Source of the DNA: an uncultured Actinomycetes bacterium
Lineage (GTDB): Bacteria > Actinomycetota > Actinomycetes > Streptosporangiales > Streptosporangiaceae
Reading direction: 5' to 3'
Length of the DNA: 64,000 nucleotides
NCBI GenBank assembly: GCA_963722055.1
Contig: CAVRLA010000004.1
Coordinates: forward strand, 339,987 to 403,986
This document shows, piece by piece, positions 43,436-53,592 of the stretch. The first letter of the stretch is position 1, and the number at the start of each line of letters is the position of its first letter. A program made the position numbers and the translations under genes. The notes beneath the pieces were generated by a model. It searched no databases and was not told the DNA's origin. It saw only the letters and a list, made by a program, of their open reading frames with translations.

Positions 43436-44188
43436 ATGCCCGACGACGTTTCGGGGCCCAACCGCTTTGCGCGTGACCTGTTCGCTCCGTTGCCCGCCCG
43501 GTATGACCGGCTGGCCGAGCTCCTGTCGTTCGGCCAGAACGGGCAGTGGCGGGCGGCCATGGTCGGCCGCGTCGTGCCGGCGGCCGGAGATGAGCCCGGA
43601 AATGAGCCCGGCGTGATCCTCGACGTCGCGTCCGGCACCGCGGGCGTCGCGCTGCAGCTCGCGGCGCGCAGCCAGGCCCGGGTGGTGGGCGTGGACCTGA
43701 CCGAGCAGATGCTGCGCCAGGGCCAGCGCCGGGTGGCGGCGGCCGGGAGGAGCGACCGGGTCGAGCTGGTCGCCGGGCGGGCCGAGCAGCTGCCCTTCCC
43801 CGATGCCTACTTCGACGCGCTGACGTTCACCTACCTGCTCAGGTACGTGCGGGATCCGCAGGCCACGCTGGCCGAGCTGGCCCGCGTGCTCAAGCCCGGC
43901 GGGACCATGGCCAGCCTCGAATTCGGCGTGCCGACCGGGGCACTGTGGGGACCGGCGTGGTGGGCGTACACCCGGCTGCTGCTGCCGGCCGGAGGCCTGC
44001 TGCTGGGCGGGCCGGAGTGGTACCGGGTCGGACGTTTCCTCGGCCCTAACATCTCGGCCCACTACCGTCGGTACCCGGTTCCCTGGACCGTGCAGGCCTG
44101 GCAGAAGGCCGGGTTCACCGAGGTGAGCACCCGCATCATGAGCCTGGGTGGCGGCCTGGTCATGTGGGGTACCCGTGCCGACAGCTGA
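43436..44188 (+). CDS. class I SAM-dependent methyltransferase (UbiE/MenG-like)
   Basis: In-frame ATG 43436. YDRLAELLSFGQNGQWR region plus motif I ILDVASGTAGVAL. The GDEPGNEPG insert just before motif I is encoded by the 12-nt repeat. Confidence 0.8.
   Translation: MPDDVSGPNRFARDLFAPLPARYDRLAELLSFGQNGQWRAAMVGRVVPAAGDEPGNEPGVILDVASGTAGVALQLAARSQARVVGVDLTEQMLRQGQRRVAAAGRSDRVELVAGRAEQLPFPDAYFDALTFTYLLRYVRDPQATLAELARVLKPGGTMASLEFGVPTGALWGPAWWAYTRLLLPAGGLLLGGPEWYRVGRFLGPNISAHYRRYPVPWTVQAWQKAGFTEVSTRIMSLGGGLVMWGTRADS
43584..43611 (+). repeat. 2.3 x 12-nt tandem repeat CCGGARATGAGC inside the methyltransferase gene
   Basis: ccggagatgagc ccggaaatgagc ccgg. Flanks (cggcgg...cggcgtg) also resemble those of the 15722 copy. 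Confidence 0.95.
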
Positions 44189-44930
44189 CGATGCGGAGGA
44201 CGGGGACGCCGCGCGGCCGGCGTACTACGCGGCCCGGCCCGGGGGATGGCGGGACTGGTGGACGCTGCTGCATCCGCCGTACACCGCCTGGCACCTGTCC
44301 TACGCGGTCATCGGCGCGGCGCTCGCGCCGCAGGTGCTGACCAGCCGCCTGATCGCTACCGTGCTGGCGTTCTTCCTCGCGGTAGGGCTCGCCGCGCATG
44401 CGCTGGACGAACTCCGTGACCGGCCGCTGCGGACCCGGATCCCGTCGCCTGTCCTGGTCGCGGTGGTCATCGGGGGCCTGGCCGGTGCGCTGGCCCTGGG
44501 CGTGGTCGGGGTATACCAAGTCGGCTGGACCCTGATCCCGTTCATGGTGGCCGGCCCCGTCCTGGTCATCGCGTACAACGCGGAGCTGTTCGGCGGCGCG
44601 ATGCACACCGACTTCGGCTTCGCCGCCGCCTGGGGAGCGTTCCCGGTGCTGGTCGGCTACGTGGCGCAGACCGGAACCCTGGCCCTGGCGCCCGTGCTGG
44701 CCGCGGTCGGCGCGTTCGCCCTGTCCGCGGCCCAGCGGCAGCTCAGCACTCCGGCCCGCAACATCCGGCGCCGGGCGGTACGGGTACAGGGCAGCATTAC
44801 CTTCGGCGACGGTCGGATCACGCCGATCACGGCCGACAGCCTGCTCAGGCCGCTGGAACAGGCCCTGCGGGCCGCGTCATGGGCCATCGTCCTGCTGGCC
44901 GCCGCCCTGGCCGTGGCCCGGCTGAGCTGA
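44148..44930 (+). CDS. polytopic membrane protein, function unknown
   Basis: 260 aa with several hydrophobic helices and an acidic loop HALDELRDRPL. An alternative GTG start at 44175 overlaps the upstream stop. Confidence 0.6.
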   Translation: MAAWSCGVPVPTADDAEDGDAARPAYYAARPGGWRDWWTLLHPPYTAWHLSYAVIGAALAPQVLTSRLIATVLAFFLAVGLAAHALDELRDRPLRTRIPSPVLVAVVIGGLAGALALGVVGVYQVGWTLIPFMVAGPVLVIAYNAELFGGAMHTDFGFAAAWGAFPVLVGYVAQTGTLALAPVLAAVGAFALSAAQRQLSTPARNIRRRAVRVQGSITFGDGRITPITADSLLRPLEQALRAASWAIVLLAAALAVARLS

Positions 44931-45419
44931 CAGCGGCGGGGTGGATGGCGGCTGAGCTGATGGCGGCTGGGCCGACAGCCTCCTGGGCCCGGCGCCGGAG
45001 GCACCGAGCAGGTCGTCCGGGTTGGCCAGCTGGCAGTCGGTCAGCGACAGGCAGCCGCAGCCGATGCACCCGGTCAGGCGGTCCCGCAGGTCCTGGAGTG
45101 CGCTGATCCGGTCGTCGAGATCGCGGTACCAGGCCGCGGACAGGCGGGCCCAGTCCCGCGCGGTGGGCGTCCGGCGGGCGGGTAGCGTGTCCAGGGCCGC
45201 CTTGATCGTGGCCAGCGGGATGCCGACGCGCTGCGAGGCGCGGATGAACGCCACCCGGCGCAGCATGGCCCGCGGGTAGCGCCGCTGGTTGCCTGCCGTG
45301 CGGCGGGCGGAGATCAGACCCTTGGCCTCGTAGAAGTGCAGCGCTGAGATCGTCACGCCGCTGCGCTCGGCCAGCTGGCCGACGGTGATCTCACGAGTGG
45401 CGGAGGGGATCTGTGTCAT
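44877..45419 (-). CDS. soxR: SoxR, MerR-family [2Fe-2S] redox-sensing transcriptional activator
   Basis: Aligns with E. coli SoxR from memory (HTH ..GQLAERSGVTISALHFYEAKGLI.., GNQRRYPR). Diagnostic cluster CIGCGCLSLTDCQLANP. Start taken at MTQIPS (45419). Repeat-containing C-terminal tail (LSAQPPSAQPPS). Confidence 0.9.
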   Translation of the reverse strand: MTQIPSATREITVGQLAERSGVTISALHFYEAKGLISARRTAGNQRRYPRAMLRRVAFIRASQRVGIPLATIKAALDTLPARRTPTARDWARLSAAWYRDLDDRISALQDLRDRLTGCIGCGCLSLTDCQLANPDDLLGASGAGPRRLSAQPPSAQPPSTPPLSAQPGHGQGGGQQDDGP

Positions 45420-45426
45420 CGGCTTG

Positions 45427-45446
45427 ACCTCAACGTTACTTGAGGT
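45427..45446. promoter_or_regulatory. SoxR box
   Basis: ACCTCAA-cgttac-TTGAGGT is a perfect 7-bp inverted repeat with a 6-bp spacer (compare E. coli soxS operator CCTCAAGTTAACTTGAGG). It overlaps a plus-strand TTGACC -35 element at 45424-45429. Confidence 0.75.
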
Positions 45447-45614
45447 TCTCAGCCTAGCAGTCATGTTTCCCTACGTCTCCGACGAATTACGGCAATCGGG
45501 CATAAACATTACTTTTACGGATTAAGGTGAGTCATCGGAACTCCTGTCTGAACGTGCCGTCCGTGGCCCATAATTGACAAGAGCGCAGCCAGCCGTGCCA
45601 TCAGGAGACAGCAC

Positions 45615-47933
45615 ATGACATCGGGCATGTCGGCGAAGGGCAGCGCTGTCGGGGGGAACGTCCCCGAGAGCGATGCCCCGTCGAAGCGCGCCCCGGCCCC
45701 GCGGGCCTCGGAAAGCACAGGCAACGGCGCCGGGCCAGGCCACGAAGCCCAGATTGCTACCGACCCCGTGGACGCCCAGGAGGATGGCATAGCCGAAACC
45801 GAGGGGACGTTCGCTGAAAGCATCGGCGCCGAGAGCGGGGCATCCGTGCTCTCCTCGTCGGTGCGCACCCTCATTCTCGGCATCGATTATGACGGGCGCA
45901 TTGTGCAGTACGACCGCAACGTGCCGCGGGTTCTCGCCCGCGAGCCCGACGAGTTGCTCGGTGCCCAGCTGAGCGACCTGACCGTCCGCGGTGCCCAGCC
46001 GAATTCGTCCGCCACACGGTCGGCGGACGGCGTGACCGCGATAAGCGGGCTGCTCGAGGCGATCCGGTCCGATCGCGAGGGCAGCGCGATGCTGACCATC
46101 CAGACCCGCGACGGCCATCCGGCCGAGGCGGTGGTGACGGTCCACCCGATGCGTGCGGGCGGCACCAACCTGGCCGCGCTCGCCCTGCTCCGCATCCCCG
46201 TGCCGCGGGCCGAGCGGTTCGTCGATCCCGCGGTCATGCGCAAGCAGATGCTGGACGACACCTTCACCAGGATCGGCGACACGCTCGACATCGATCACCT
46301 GGCCCGCGAACTGATCGACGCGCTGGTCCCGCACTTCTGCAACGCGGCCGACCTGCTGCTGCTGGAGAGCCTGATGGGCAACGACGAGTTGCCCGCACAC
46401 GGGCCGGAGGGGCGGCTGCCGCTGCGGCGGATCGCCCTCTCGCACGACCGGAAGGACCCTGCCTGGGAGGCGGCGCTCCCGATCGGTGAGATCCTGCGCT
46501 ACCCGGCGAACACGCCGTACTACGACTGCATGGACACGGCCAAGCCGGTGCTCGAGACGACGATCAGCGAAGGCCAGGCGGGAAAGATCGCCAGGGCCTG
46601 GCGGCGCCGACCGGTGGGCAAGCTGTTGTCCGGCGCCTCCATGCTGATGCTGCCGCTGGTCGCCCGGGGCACCATGCTGGGGTTCTTCGCCTGCACCCGG
46701 CAGGAGGGGTTCCGCCGCTTTGACGCCTACGACATGGACATCGGCATGGACTTCGCGTCCCGGGCCTCGGTGTTCATCGACAACGCCCGCCGCTACAGCC
46801 GAGAGCACGCGACCGCGCTGACCCTGCAGCGGAGCATGCTCCCGACCGGGCTCTCCGCGCCGTCTTCGGTCGAGGTCCGGCACCGCTACCTGCCCGGCAG
46901 TAAGCTCATCGAGGTCGGCGGCGACTGGTACGAGTCCATCGCGCTGCCCGGGGGCCGGGTCGCGCTCGTGGTCGGGGACGTGGCCGGGCACGGCGTGCGC
47001 GCCGCCGTTACCATGGGCCGCCTGCGCACCGCCATTCATACTCTGGCCATGCTGGAGCTGCCGCCGGCCGAATCGCTGCAGCAGCTCGACGAGCTCATGC
47101 ACACCCTCGGCGAGCGCGAGCCGCACTTCGCGACGTGTGCCTACGCCGTCTACGACGCGGTGAGCGGCGAGTGCGAGGTCGCGGTGGCCGGCCACCTGCC
47201 GCCGCTGCTGGTGCACCCGGACGGCCGTAACGAGCTGCTCGACGTGCCGCCCGCGCCGCCGCTGGGCATCGGAGACGGCGAGGTGGAGAGCCGCCAGTTC
47301 AAGGTGGAGGACGGCAGCCTGTTCGTGCTGTACACCGACGGCCTGGTGGAGAACAAGGGCCAGGACATCAGCGACGGGCTGGCCCGGCTGCGTGGCATCT
47401 TCGGTCCCGGCTCGCCCACCCGGCCGCTCGAGGACCTCTGCAAGGCCACGCTGGACGGGGTGTACTCCGATCATCAGCGCGACGACATCGCGCTGCTGAT
47501 CGCACGGCTGCGGCGACTGCCCGAGGAGAACTACTGCGCGTGGACGTTCTCGCCCAAGCTGACCGCGGTGCGCGAAGCGCGGTCGATGATCGCCGAGCCG
47601 ATGAAGCGCTGGGGGCTGGAGGACCTCATCCCCACCACCGAGTTGCTCGTCTCCGAGCTGGTGACCAACGCGGTCAGGTACTCCCGTGGCGACGTCACGC
47701 TGCGCCTAGTCAACGAGAAGGCACTGGTCTGCGAGGTGCTGGACAACTCGGCGGCGCTGCCCAGGCTCCGCCAGGCCAACGGCGAGGACGAGAACGGCCG
47801 CGGCCTACAGGTGGTCCGCCAGCTCTCCCAGCGCTGGGGCGCGCGCCGCACGCCGACCGGCAAGGTCGTCTGGTGCGAGCAGCCGCTGCCCGGCGGCCCC
47901 GGTCCCGAGGCCGACTGGATGAGCCTGCATTAG
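45615..47933 (+). CDS. SpoIIE-family PP2C phosphatase with N-terminal sensor (PAS/GAF-like) region and C-terminal HATPase (RsbW-like) domain
   Basis: 772 aa. PP2C blocks EVGGDWYE, VVGDVAGHG, YTDGLVE. C-terminal anti-sigma-kinase-like ..ELVTNAVRYS..NGRGLQVVRQLS. AGGAGA SD before the ATG. Confidence 0.85.
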   Translation: MTSGMSAKGSAVGGNVPESDAPSKRAPAPRASESTGNGAGPGHEAQIATDPVDAQEDGIAETEGTFAESIGAESGASVLSSSVRTLILGIDYDGRIVQYDRNVPRVLAREPDELLGAQLSDLTVRGAQPNSSATRSADGVTAISGLLEAIRSDREGSAMLTIQTRDGHPAEAVVTVHPMRAGGTNLAALALLRIPVPRAERFVDPAVMRKQMLDDTFTRIGDTLDIDHLARELIDALVPHFCNAADLLLLESLMGNDELPAHGPEGRLPLRRIALSHDRKDPAWEAALPIGEILRYPANTPYYDCMDTAKPVLETTISEGQAGKIARAWRRRPVGKLLSGASMLMLPLVARGTMLGFFACTRQEGFRRFDAYDMDIGMDFASRASVFIDNARRYSREHATALTLQRSMLPTGLSAPSSVEVRHRYLPGSKLIEVGGDWYESIALPGGRVALVVGDVAGHGVRAAVTMGRLRTAIHTLAMLELPPAESLQQLDELMHTLGEREPHFATCAYAVYDAVSGECEVAVAGHLPPLLVHPDGRNELLDVPPAPPLGIGDGEVESRQFKVEDGSLFVLYTDGLVENKGQDISDGLARLRGIFGPGSPTRPLEDLCKATLDGVYSDHQRDDIALLIARLRRLPEENYCAWTFSPKLTAVREARSMIAEPMKRWGLEDLIPTTELLVSELVTNAVRYSRGDVTLRLVNEKALVCEVLDNSAALPRLRQANGEDENGRGLQVVRQLSQRWGARRTPTGKVVWCEQPLPGGPGPEADWMSLH

Positions 47934-48259
47934 GGCGCCGTCAAGTAGTGCTGCGTCATCGGCCGACCGGAAGGACGTTTGCGTTATTTGCGCAGTGCGC
48001 CGATCGGTTACACGTGTCTCATCGGTGATGCTACGTCACTTCCGCGTAGGCGACTCCGGTTTATCTGGGAGGGTTGTGGCCTGCGGGAGATTTTTGTGCA
48101 CTATAGTGCCTAGAATGCTCCCAGAAGCCCGAATACTCCCAGACAATTGTTCGAGCGGTGCGGAACGGCAAGTCTCGGTGTGATCTCAGGTTGCGGTGGT
48201 GCCGGAGAGAGCATTGTTACTTGACTAGCGCCAGATAATCATTATCCGGCGTCGGAAAT

Positions 48260-48316
48260 CGCGGTACCCGGAAAAGGCGGAAAACCGGAAAAGCAGCATA
48301 AACCGGATAAGTCCGG
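48260..48316 (-). terminator. probable glmS terminator: short hairpin plus long T-rich tract (on the minus strand)
   Basis: Minus strand reads CCGGACTTATCCGG followed by TTTATGCTGCTTTTCCGGTTTTCCGCCTTTTCC, beginning about 25 nt after the glmS stop. Confidence 0.4.
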
Positions 48317-48340
48317 AAAGCGGAATTCGCGGTAATAGGG

Positions 48341-50179
48341 CTATTCGACGGTGACGCTCTTGGCTAGATTGCGGGGCTTGTCGATGTCGCGGCCTAGTTT
48401 GGCGGCGATGTTATAGGCCAGCAACTGAAGGGGCACATTGAGCAGTACCGGCTCCAGCTCTGGCTCGGCGCGCGGGATCCGGATCACCGCGTCGGCGAGC
48501 GAGGCGGGCAGCTCCGCGCTGGTGACCACGATCACCGGTCCGCCGCGGGCCTTGATCTGCTCGATGGTGGAGATGTTCTTGGCCAGCAGCTCATCGTCCG
48601 GGACCACGACCAAGCTCGGCATCGAGGCGTCGATCAGGGCCAGCGGGCCGTGCTTCAGCTCGGAGGCCTGGTAGGCCTCGGCGTGCACGTAGGAGACCTC
48701 CTTGAGCTTCTGGGCGCCCTCGCGAGCCACCGGCCAGCCACGGACCCGGCCGATGAAGAACATGTGCTCGGCGCTGGCGAACCTCCGGGCGACCTCGGCG
48801 ATCTGCTCCTCGCCGGCCAGGATCGCCTCCAGCTGCCCGGGCAGCGCGCGCAGGCCGGCCACGATCCGCTGGCCGGACGCCGCGGACAGGTCGCGGACCC
48901 GGCCGAGCAGCAGCGCGACCATGGCGAACGTGGCCGCCATGTTGGTCAGCGCCTTGGTCGAGCAGACCGCGATCTCCGGGCCCGCGTGCAGGAACACGCC
49001 GTGGCCGCACTCGCGCCCGATCGCGCTGCCCACCACGTTGACGGCCCCGATGACCTGACCGCCCTTGCGCCGCAGTTCCTGCACCGCCACCAGCGTGTCC
49101 AGGGTCTCGCCGGACTGGCTGACCGCCACGTAGAGGGTGTCCGGGTCCACCACCGGATTGCGGTACCTGAACTCCGACGCGGGCTCGGCGTCGGAGGGGA
49201 TGCGGGCCAGTTCCTCGACCAGGACCGCGCCCATCTGGCCGGCGTAGTAGGCCGAGCCGCAGCCGAGGAACTTGACCTGCCTGATCGACCTGAGCTGGCG
49301 CGCGTCCAGGTTGATCCCGCCTAGCCTCGCGGTGGAGAACCGGTCGTCGAGCCGACCGCGCAAGGCGCGGCGCAGGGCCTCGGGCTGCTCGTGGATTTCC
49401 TTGCGCATGAAGTCCTCGTACGGGCCGAGCTCGTAGTCGTCCGCCTCGGCCTCCACGGTGGTGGGCACCTTGCCACCGTCCGGGCCGCGACGGCCGCCCT
49501 CGTCGAGGGACACGACACGGTAGTCGCTGGCGTGCACCGTGGCCACCTCGGCGTCGTCGAGGTAGACCACCTGCTTGGTGTAGCGCACCAGGGCGGCCAC
49601 GTCGGAGGCCACGAACATCTCCGACGCGCCGATGCCCAGCACGATAGGGCTGCCGTTGCGGGCCACCACGAGCTCGTTCGGATGGCTGGCGTCCATCACG
49701 ACCAGTCCGTAGGTGCCTTCTACGTGGCGCAGCACGCGGCGCACGGCGTCCTCCAGGCCGACCTCGCCGGTTGCCTCGGCGGCGATCATGTGAGCGAGCG
49801 CCTCGGTGTCGGTGTCGCTGACCAGATCCACGCCGCGGTGGATGAGGGCCTCCCTGAGCTGCTCGGCGTTCTCGATGATGCCGTTGTGCACGACCGCGAT
49901 GCGGCCGGCGGAGTCGGTGTGCGGGTGGGCGTTGACGTCGGTCGGCTCGCCGTGGGTGGCCCACCGGGTGTGGCCGATGCCGATCGTGGCCTTGGCCCGG
50001 TCCCCAACCCGGTCCCTGAGGTCCTGGACCCGGCCCGCGGTCTTGGTGATCTGCAGCTTGTTTCGGTGGATGACGGCCAGGCCGGCCGAGTCGTAGCCTC
50101 GGTACTCTAGGCTCCTCAGGCCCTCAAGCAGAACCGGGATGGCATCCCTGCGGCCGATGTAGCCAACGATTCCGCACAC
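48341..50179 (-). CDS. glmS: glutamine--fructose-6-phosphate aminotransferase
   Basis: 612 aa. N-terminal nucleophile MCGIVGYIG, two SIS domains, C-terminal ..NLAKSVTVE. Confidence 0.97.
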   Translation of the reverse strand: MCGIVGYIGRRDAIPVLLEGLRSLEYRGYDSAGLAVIHRNKLQITKTAGRVQDLRDRVGDRAKATIGIGHTRWATHGEPTDVNAHPHTDSAGRIAVVHNGIIENAEQLREALIHRGVDLVSDTDTEALAHMIAAEATGEVGLEDAVRRVLRHVEGTYGLVVMDASHPNELVVARNGSPIVLGIGASEMFVASDVAALVRYTKQVVYLDDAEVATVHASDYRVVSLDEGGRRGPDGGKVPTTVEAEADDYELGPYEDFMRKEIHEQPEALRRALRGRLDDRFSTARLGGINLDARQLRSIRQVKFLGCGSAYYAGQMGAVLVEELARIPSDAEPASEFRYRNPVVDPDTLYVAVSQSGETLDTLVAVQELRRKGGQVIGAVNVVGSAIGRECGHGVFLHAGPEIAVCSTKALTNMAATFAMVALLLGRVRDLSAASGQRIVAGLRALPGQLEAILAGEEQIAEVARRFASAEHMFFIGRVRGWPVAREGAQKLKEVSYVHAEAYQASELKHGPLALIDASMPSLVVVPDDELLAKNISTIEQIKARGGPVIVVTSAELPASLADAVIRIPRAEPELEPVLLNVPLQLLAYNIAAKLGRDIDKPRNLAKSVTVE

Positions 50180-50208
50180 GCAGATTCTCCTGTTCGATTG
50201 CTCTGGGG

Positions 50209-50478
50209 CTATCCGTAGACCAGGCGGCGGAGCTGCCGCTCGGACAAGCCGGGCGCGGCGAACCGGCGCTGGCTGAGCTCGGCCGCGATCACCGGCCAGA
50301 TCTCGTCGTTCTTGCGCTGACCTCGCCGCAGCTCGGCGTGCCGTCGGCGGACGAAGTCCTCGATCGTTTCGCTGAAGTAGCTGGTGACGTCTGCGATGAC
50401 CCGGACCGCGGTGGACGGCGGCAGGCCGGTGGAGGCGGCCAGGTAGCGCGCAAGGTCCTGCGGGACCGGGTCAGGCAT
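50209..50478 (-). CDS. small conserved-looking hypothetical protein (89 aa)
   Basis: High third-position GC and an ATG start. Ends 29 nt upstream of glmS on the same strand. No recognisable motif. Confidence 0.55.
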   Translation of the reverse strand: MPDPVPQDLARYLAASTGLPPSTAVRVIADVTSYFSETIEDFVRRRHAELRRGQRKNDEIWPVIAAELSQRRFAAPGLSERQLRRLVYG

Positions 50479-50512
50479 GCATCACTTCATACGCGCTGAG
50501 GCCCGGTTCGGG

Positions 50513-50546
50513 CAAGTTCCCTGCCCGTTTCCGGGCAGGGAACTTG
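50513..50546 (-). terminator. strong stem-loop (15-bp perfect stem, 4-nt loop) after the GGDEF gene
   Basis: caagttccctgcccg (50513-50527) pairs with cgggcagggaacttg (50532-50546). There is no U-tract, as is common in high-GC actinobacteria. Confidence 0.6.
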
Positions 50547-50600
50547 CGGTTCCGGAGCCCGCGCGCGGGGCGGCGGTCAACGAGGTTGTACGGGGCGCTA

Positions 50601-51887
<1,287 letters not shown>

Positions 51888-52239
51888 GCTCCACCGTTCC
51901 TGATGGGACGCGACAGGCTCTTGTCTAGTCGGCAGCTCACCGTAAAGGACTAGCTCCGTATAGCTACCTTAACTCATCCGGGCCATCTTAGGCACTATTA
52001 CGTCCGGTTCTCCGACATCTCGTCATAAAGAGGCGCTAAATGGTGATTGACATGCCCCGATTACCGGGCGTACTGGCCCCCCGGGAGTTTCACGGGCGCA
52101 TGTAATCGCTGCCGGAGGGAGGCCGGACCATGCGTTTGGCGTGGAGCTGAAGACGTGCACCTGACATCGCCATCTCGGGCCGAAAGGGGAATGCGCAATG
52201 CGCGACACGTGGAGTTGACGGTAAGCCCCTCCGCCGCTG

Positions 52240-53592
52240 TCAGCCAGACCCGCGCAGCGGCACCGAGCTAGAGGCCGGGGCGTGCCCGGGACGCCGGCCG
52301 GCCGCATGACGCCCGCCGGGTGGTGACACGTGGCGCCACCTCAGCGCCAGTACGAACGCAACTACCGCACCAATAGCCCCACTCACCGCGATGACCGCCG
52401 CCGGGGTGATTACCTCCGCAGCGGCGCCGGCCGCCACGAAGCCGGCCCCTTGGCCGACGATCACCCCCATGTTGGCAATGCCGAAGGCCTGCGCCCGCCG
52501 TTCGCTCGGCACCCTGACGACAAACTCGGTGTTGGCTGCGATCTGGTACACGCCGAACGCGGCCGAGAGCGTAAAGATCACCAACGACGCGGCAAGACCC
52601 GGGTGCAGGACGGTAAGGACGAGCGAGCCGCAGGTCAAGATGGCTAGCGGGCCCATCAGGTTGATCCGCTGGCGCGGCCGGACGAACCGGGTAAACAGCG
52701 GCATGGTGACCATCGTGCCGAATGCTGTCGACGCTATGATCAGGCCGGTGACGATCGGCCCCCCGCCCAGCCGTTCCGCGTAGGGAGCGGCGATTCCCGC
52801 GGGAACCGCATAGAAGGCAATGAGCCAGCCGAACAGCAGCAGCGTGCTGAGCGCCTGGTCACCAAAGACGAGCCGGAATCCGTCCCGCATCCGGGCCAGC
52901 GGCGACGGCCGGACGGATTCCGGCTTGGCCGCAGCCGGCCTGGCCCGCGTGCCCAGACCTATGAGCAGGCCCGACAGCACGAACGTGACGGCGTCGATGG
53001 CCAGCGAGCGCCGGACGCCGATGAAGGCAACCGCAACTCCCCCGCCGACCGCGCCGAGTACCTCACCGGCCAGCAGGGTCGTTACCAGCACCGCGGTCCC
53101 GAGCACATACCGCTCGCCATGCAGGATCTCAGGGGTGACCGAGGCCTTGGCGGAGTCGAACGGCGGCGCGAACATGGTGGCCACGAACAGCAGCGCGATC
53201 AGCGCTCCGATCGGCATGTGCGGCAGCACCATGGCCCCGATGAGGACCGCGCGGACCACGTCGCAGGCCACCATCACCGAGCGCCGCGGGTACCGGTCGG
53301 CCAGCTCGGCCAGGAACAAGCCGCCGATCACAAACGGCAGGTAGCCGGCGGCGAACACCAGGGCCGCTAGCAGCGGCGATCCGGTGCGGTCGTAGACCAG
53401 CAGGGTGAGAGCGACCAGCGCCAGCCGGTCACCCGCGGTGGACAGGATCACCGAGGACCACAGGAACCGGAACTCCCGGACCCCGAACACGTCACGGAAG
53501 GTGGCACGCGGCCGCACGGCATCCGTCACAGCGACGCTTTCGTACCGGCCATCAGGGTCCGCGGTCCTCGTTCGTGAACGTCGTTTCATCAT
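52240..53592 (-). CDS. MFS transporter
   Basis: 450 aa, 12-TM-like hydrophobic pattern, MFS loop motif-like ADRYPRR. Confidence 0.8.
   Translation of the reverse strand: MMKRRSRTRTADPDGRYESVAVTDAVRPRATFRDVFGVREFRFLWSSVILSTAGDRLALVALTLLVYDRTGSPLLAALVFAAGYLPFVIGGLFLAELADRYPRRSVMVACDVVRAVLIGAMVLPHMPIGALIALLFVATMFAPPFDSAKASVTPEILHGERYVLGTAVLVTTLLAGEVLGAVGGGVAVAFIGVRRSLAIDAVTFVLSGLLIGLGTRARPAAAKPESVRPSPLARMRDGFRLVFGDQALSTLLLFGWLIAFYAVPAGIAAPYAERLGGGPIVTGLIIASTAFGTMVTMPLFTRFVRPRQRINLMGPLAILTCGSLVLTVLHPGLAASLVIFTLSAAFGVYQIAANTEFVVRVPSERRAQAFGIANMGVIVGQGAGFVAAGAAAEVITPAAVIAVSGAIGAVVAFVLALRWRHVSPPGGRHAAGRRPGHAPASSSVPLRGSG

Noticed and set aside
45522-47474. 650-aa minus-strand ORF opposite the SpoIIE-family gene
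   Set aside because: Shadow frame. The plus strand carries PP2C and HATPase motifs.
47995-48183. 62-aa plus-strand ORF in the AT-rich spacer after the SpoIIE-family gene
   Set aside because: Low GC3, unlike every confident gene in the window, and no SD.
50180-50208. glmS ribozyme upstream of glmS
   Set aside because: Only 29 nt separate glmS from the upstream ORF, which is far too short for the ribozyme. No ribozyme-like core was seen.
51888-52239. c-di-GMP (GEMM) riboswitch or other leader upstream of the GGDEF gene
   Set aside because: I read the minus-strand leader and found no GEMM-like conserved segments, only a generic lower-GC promoter region.
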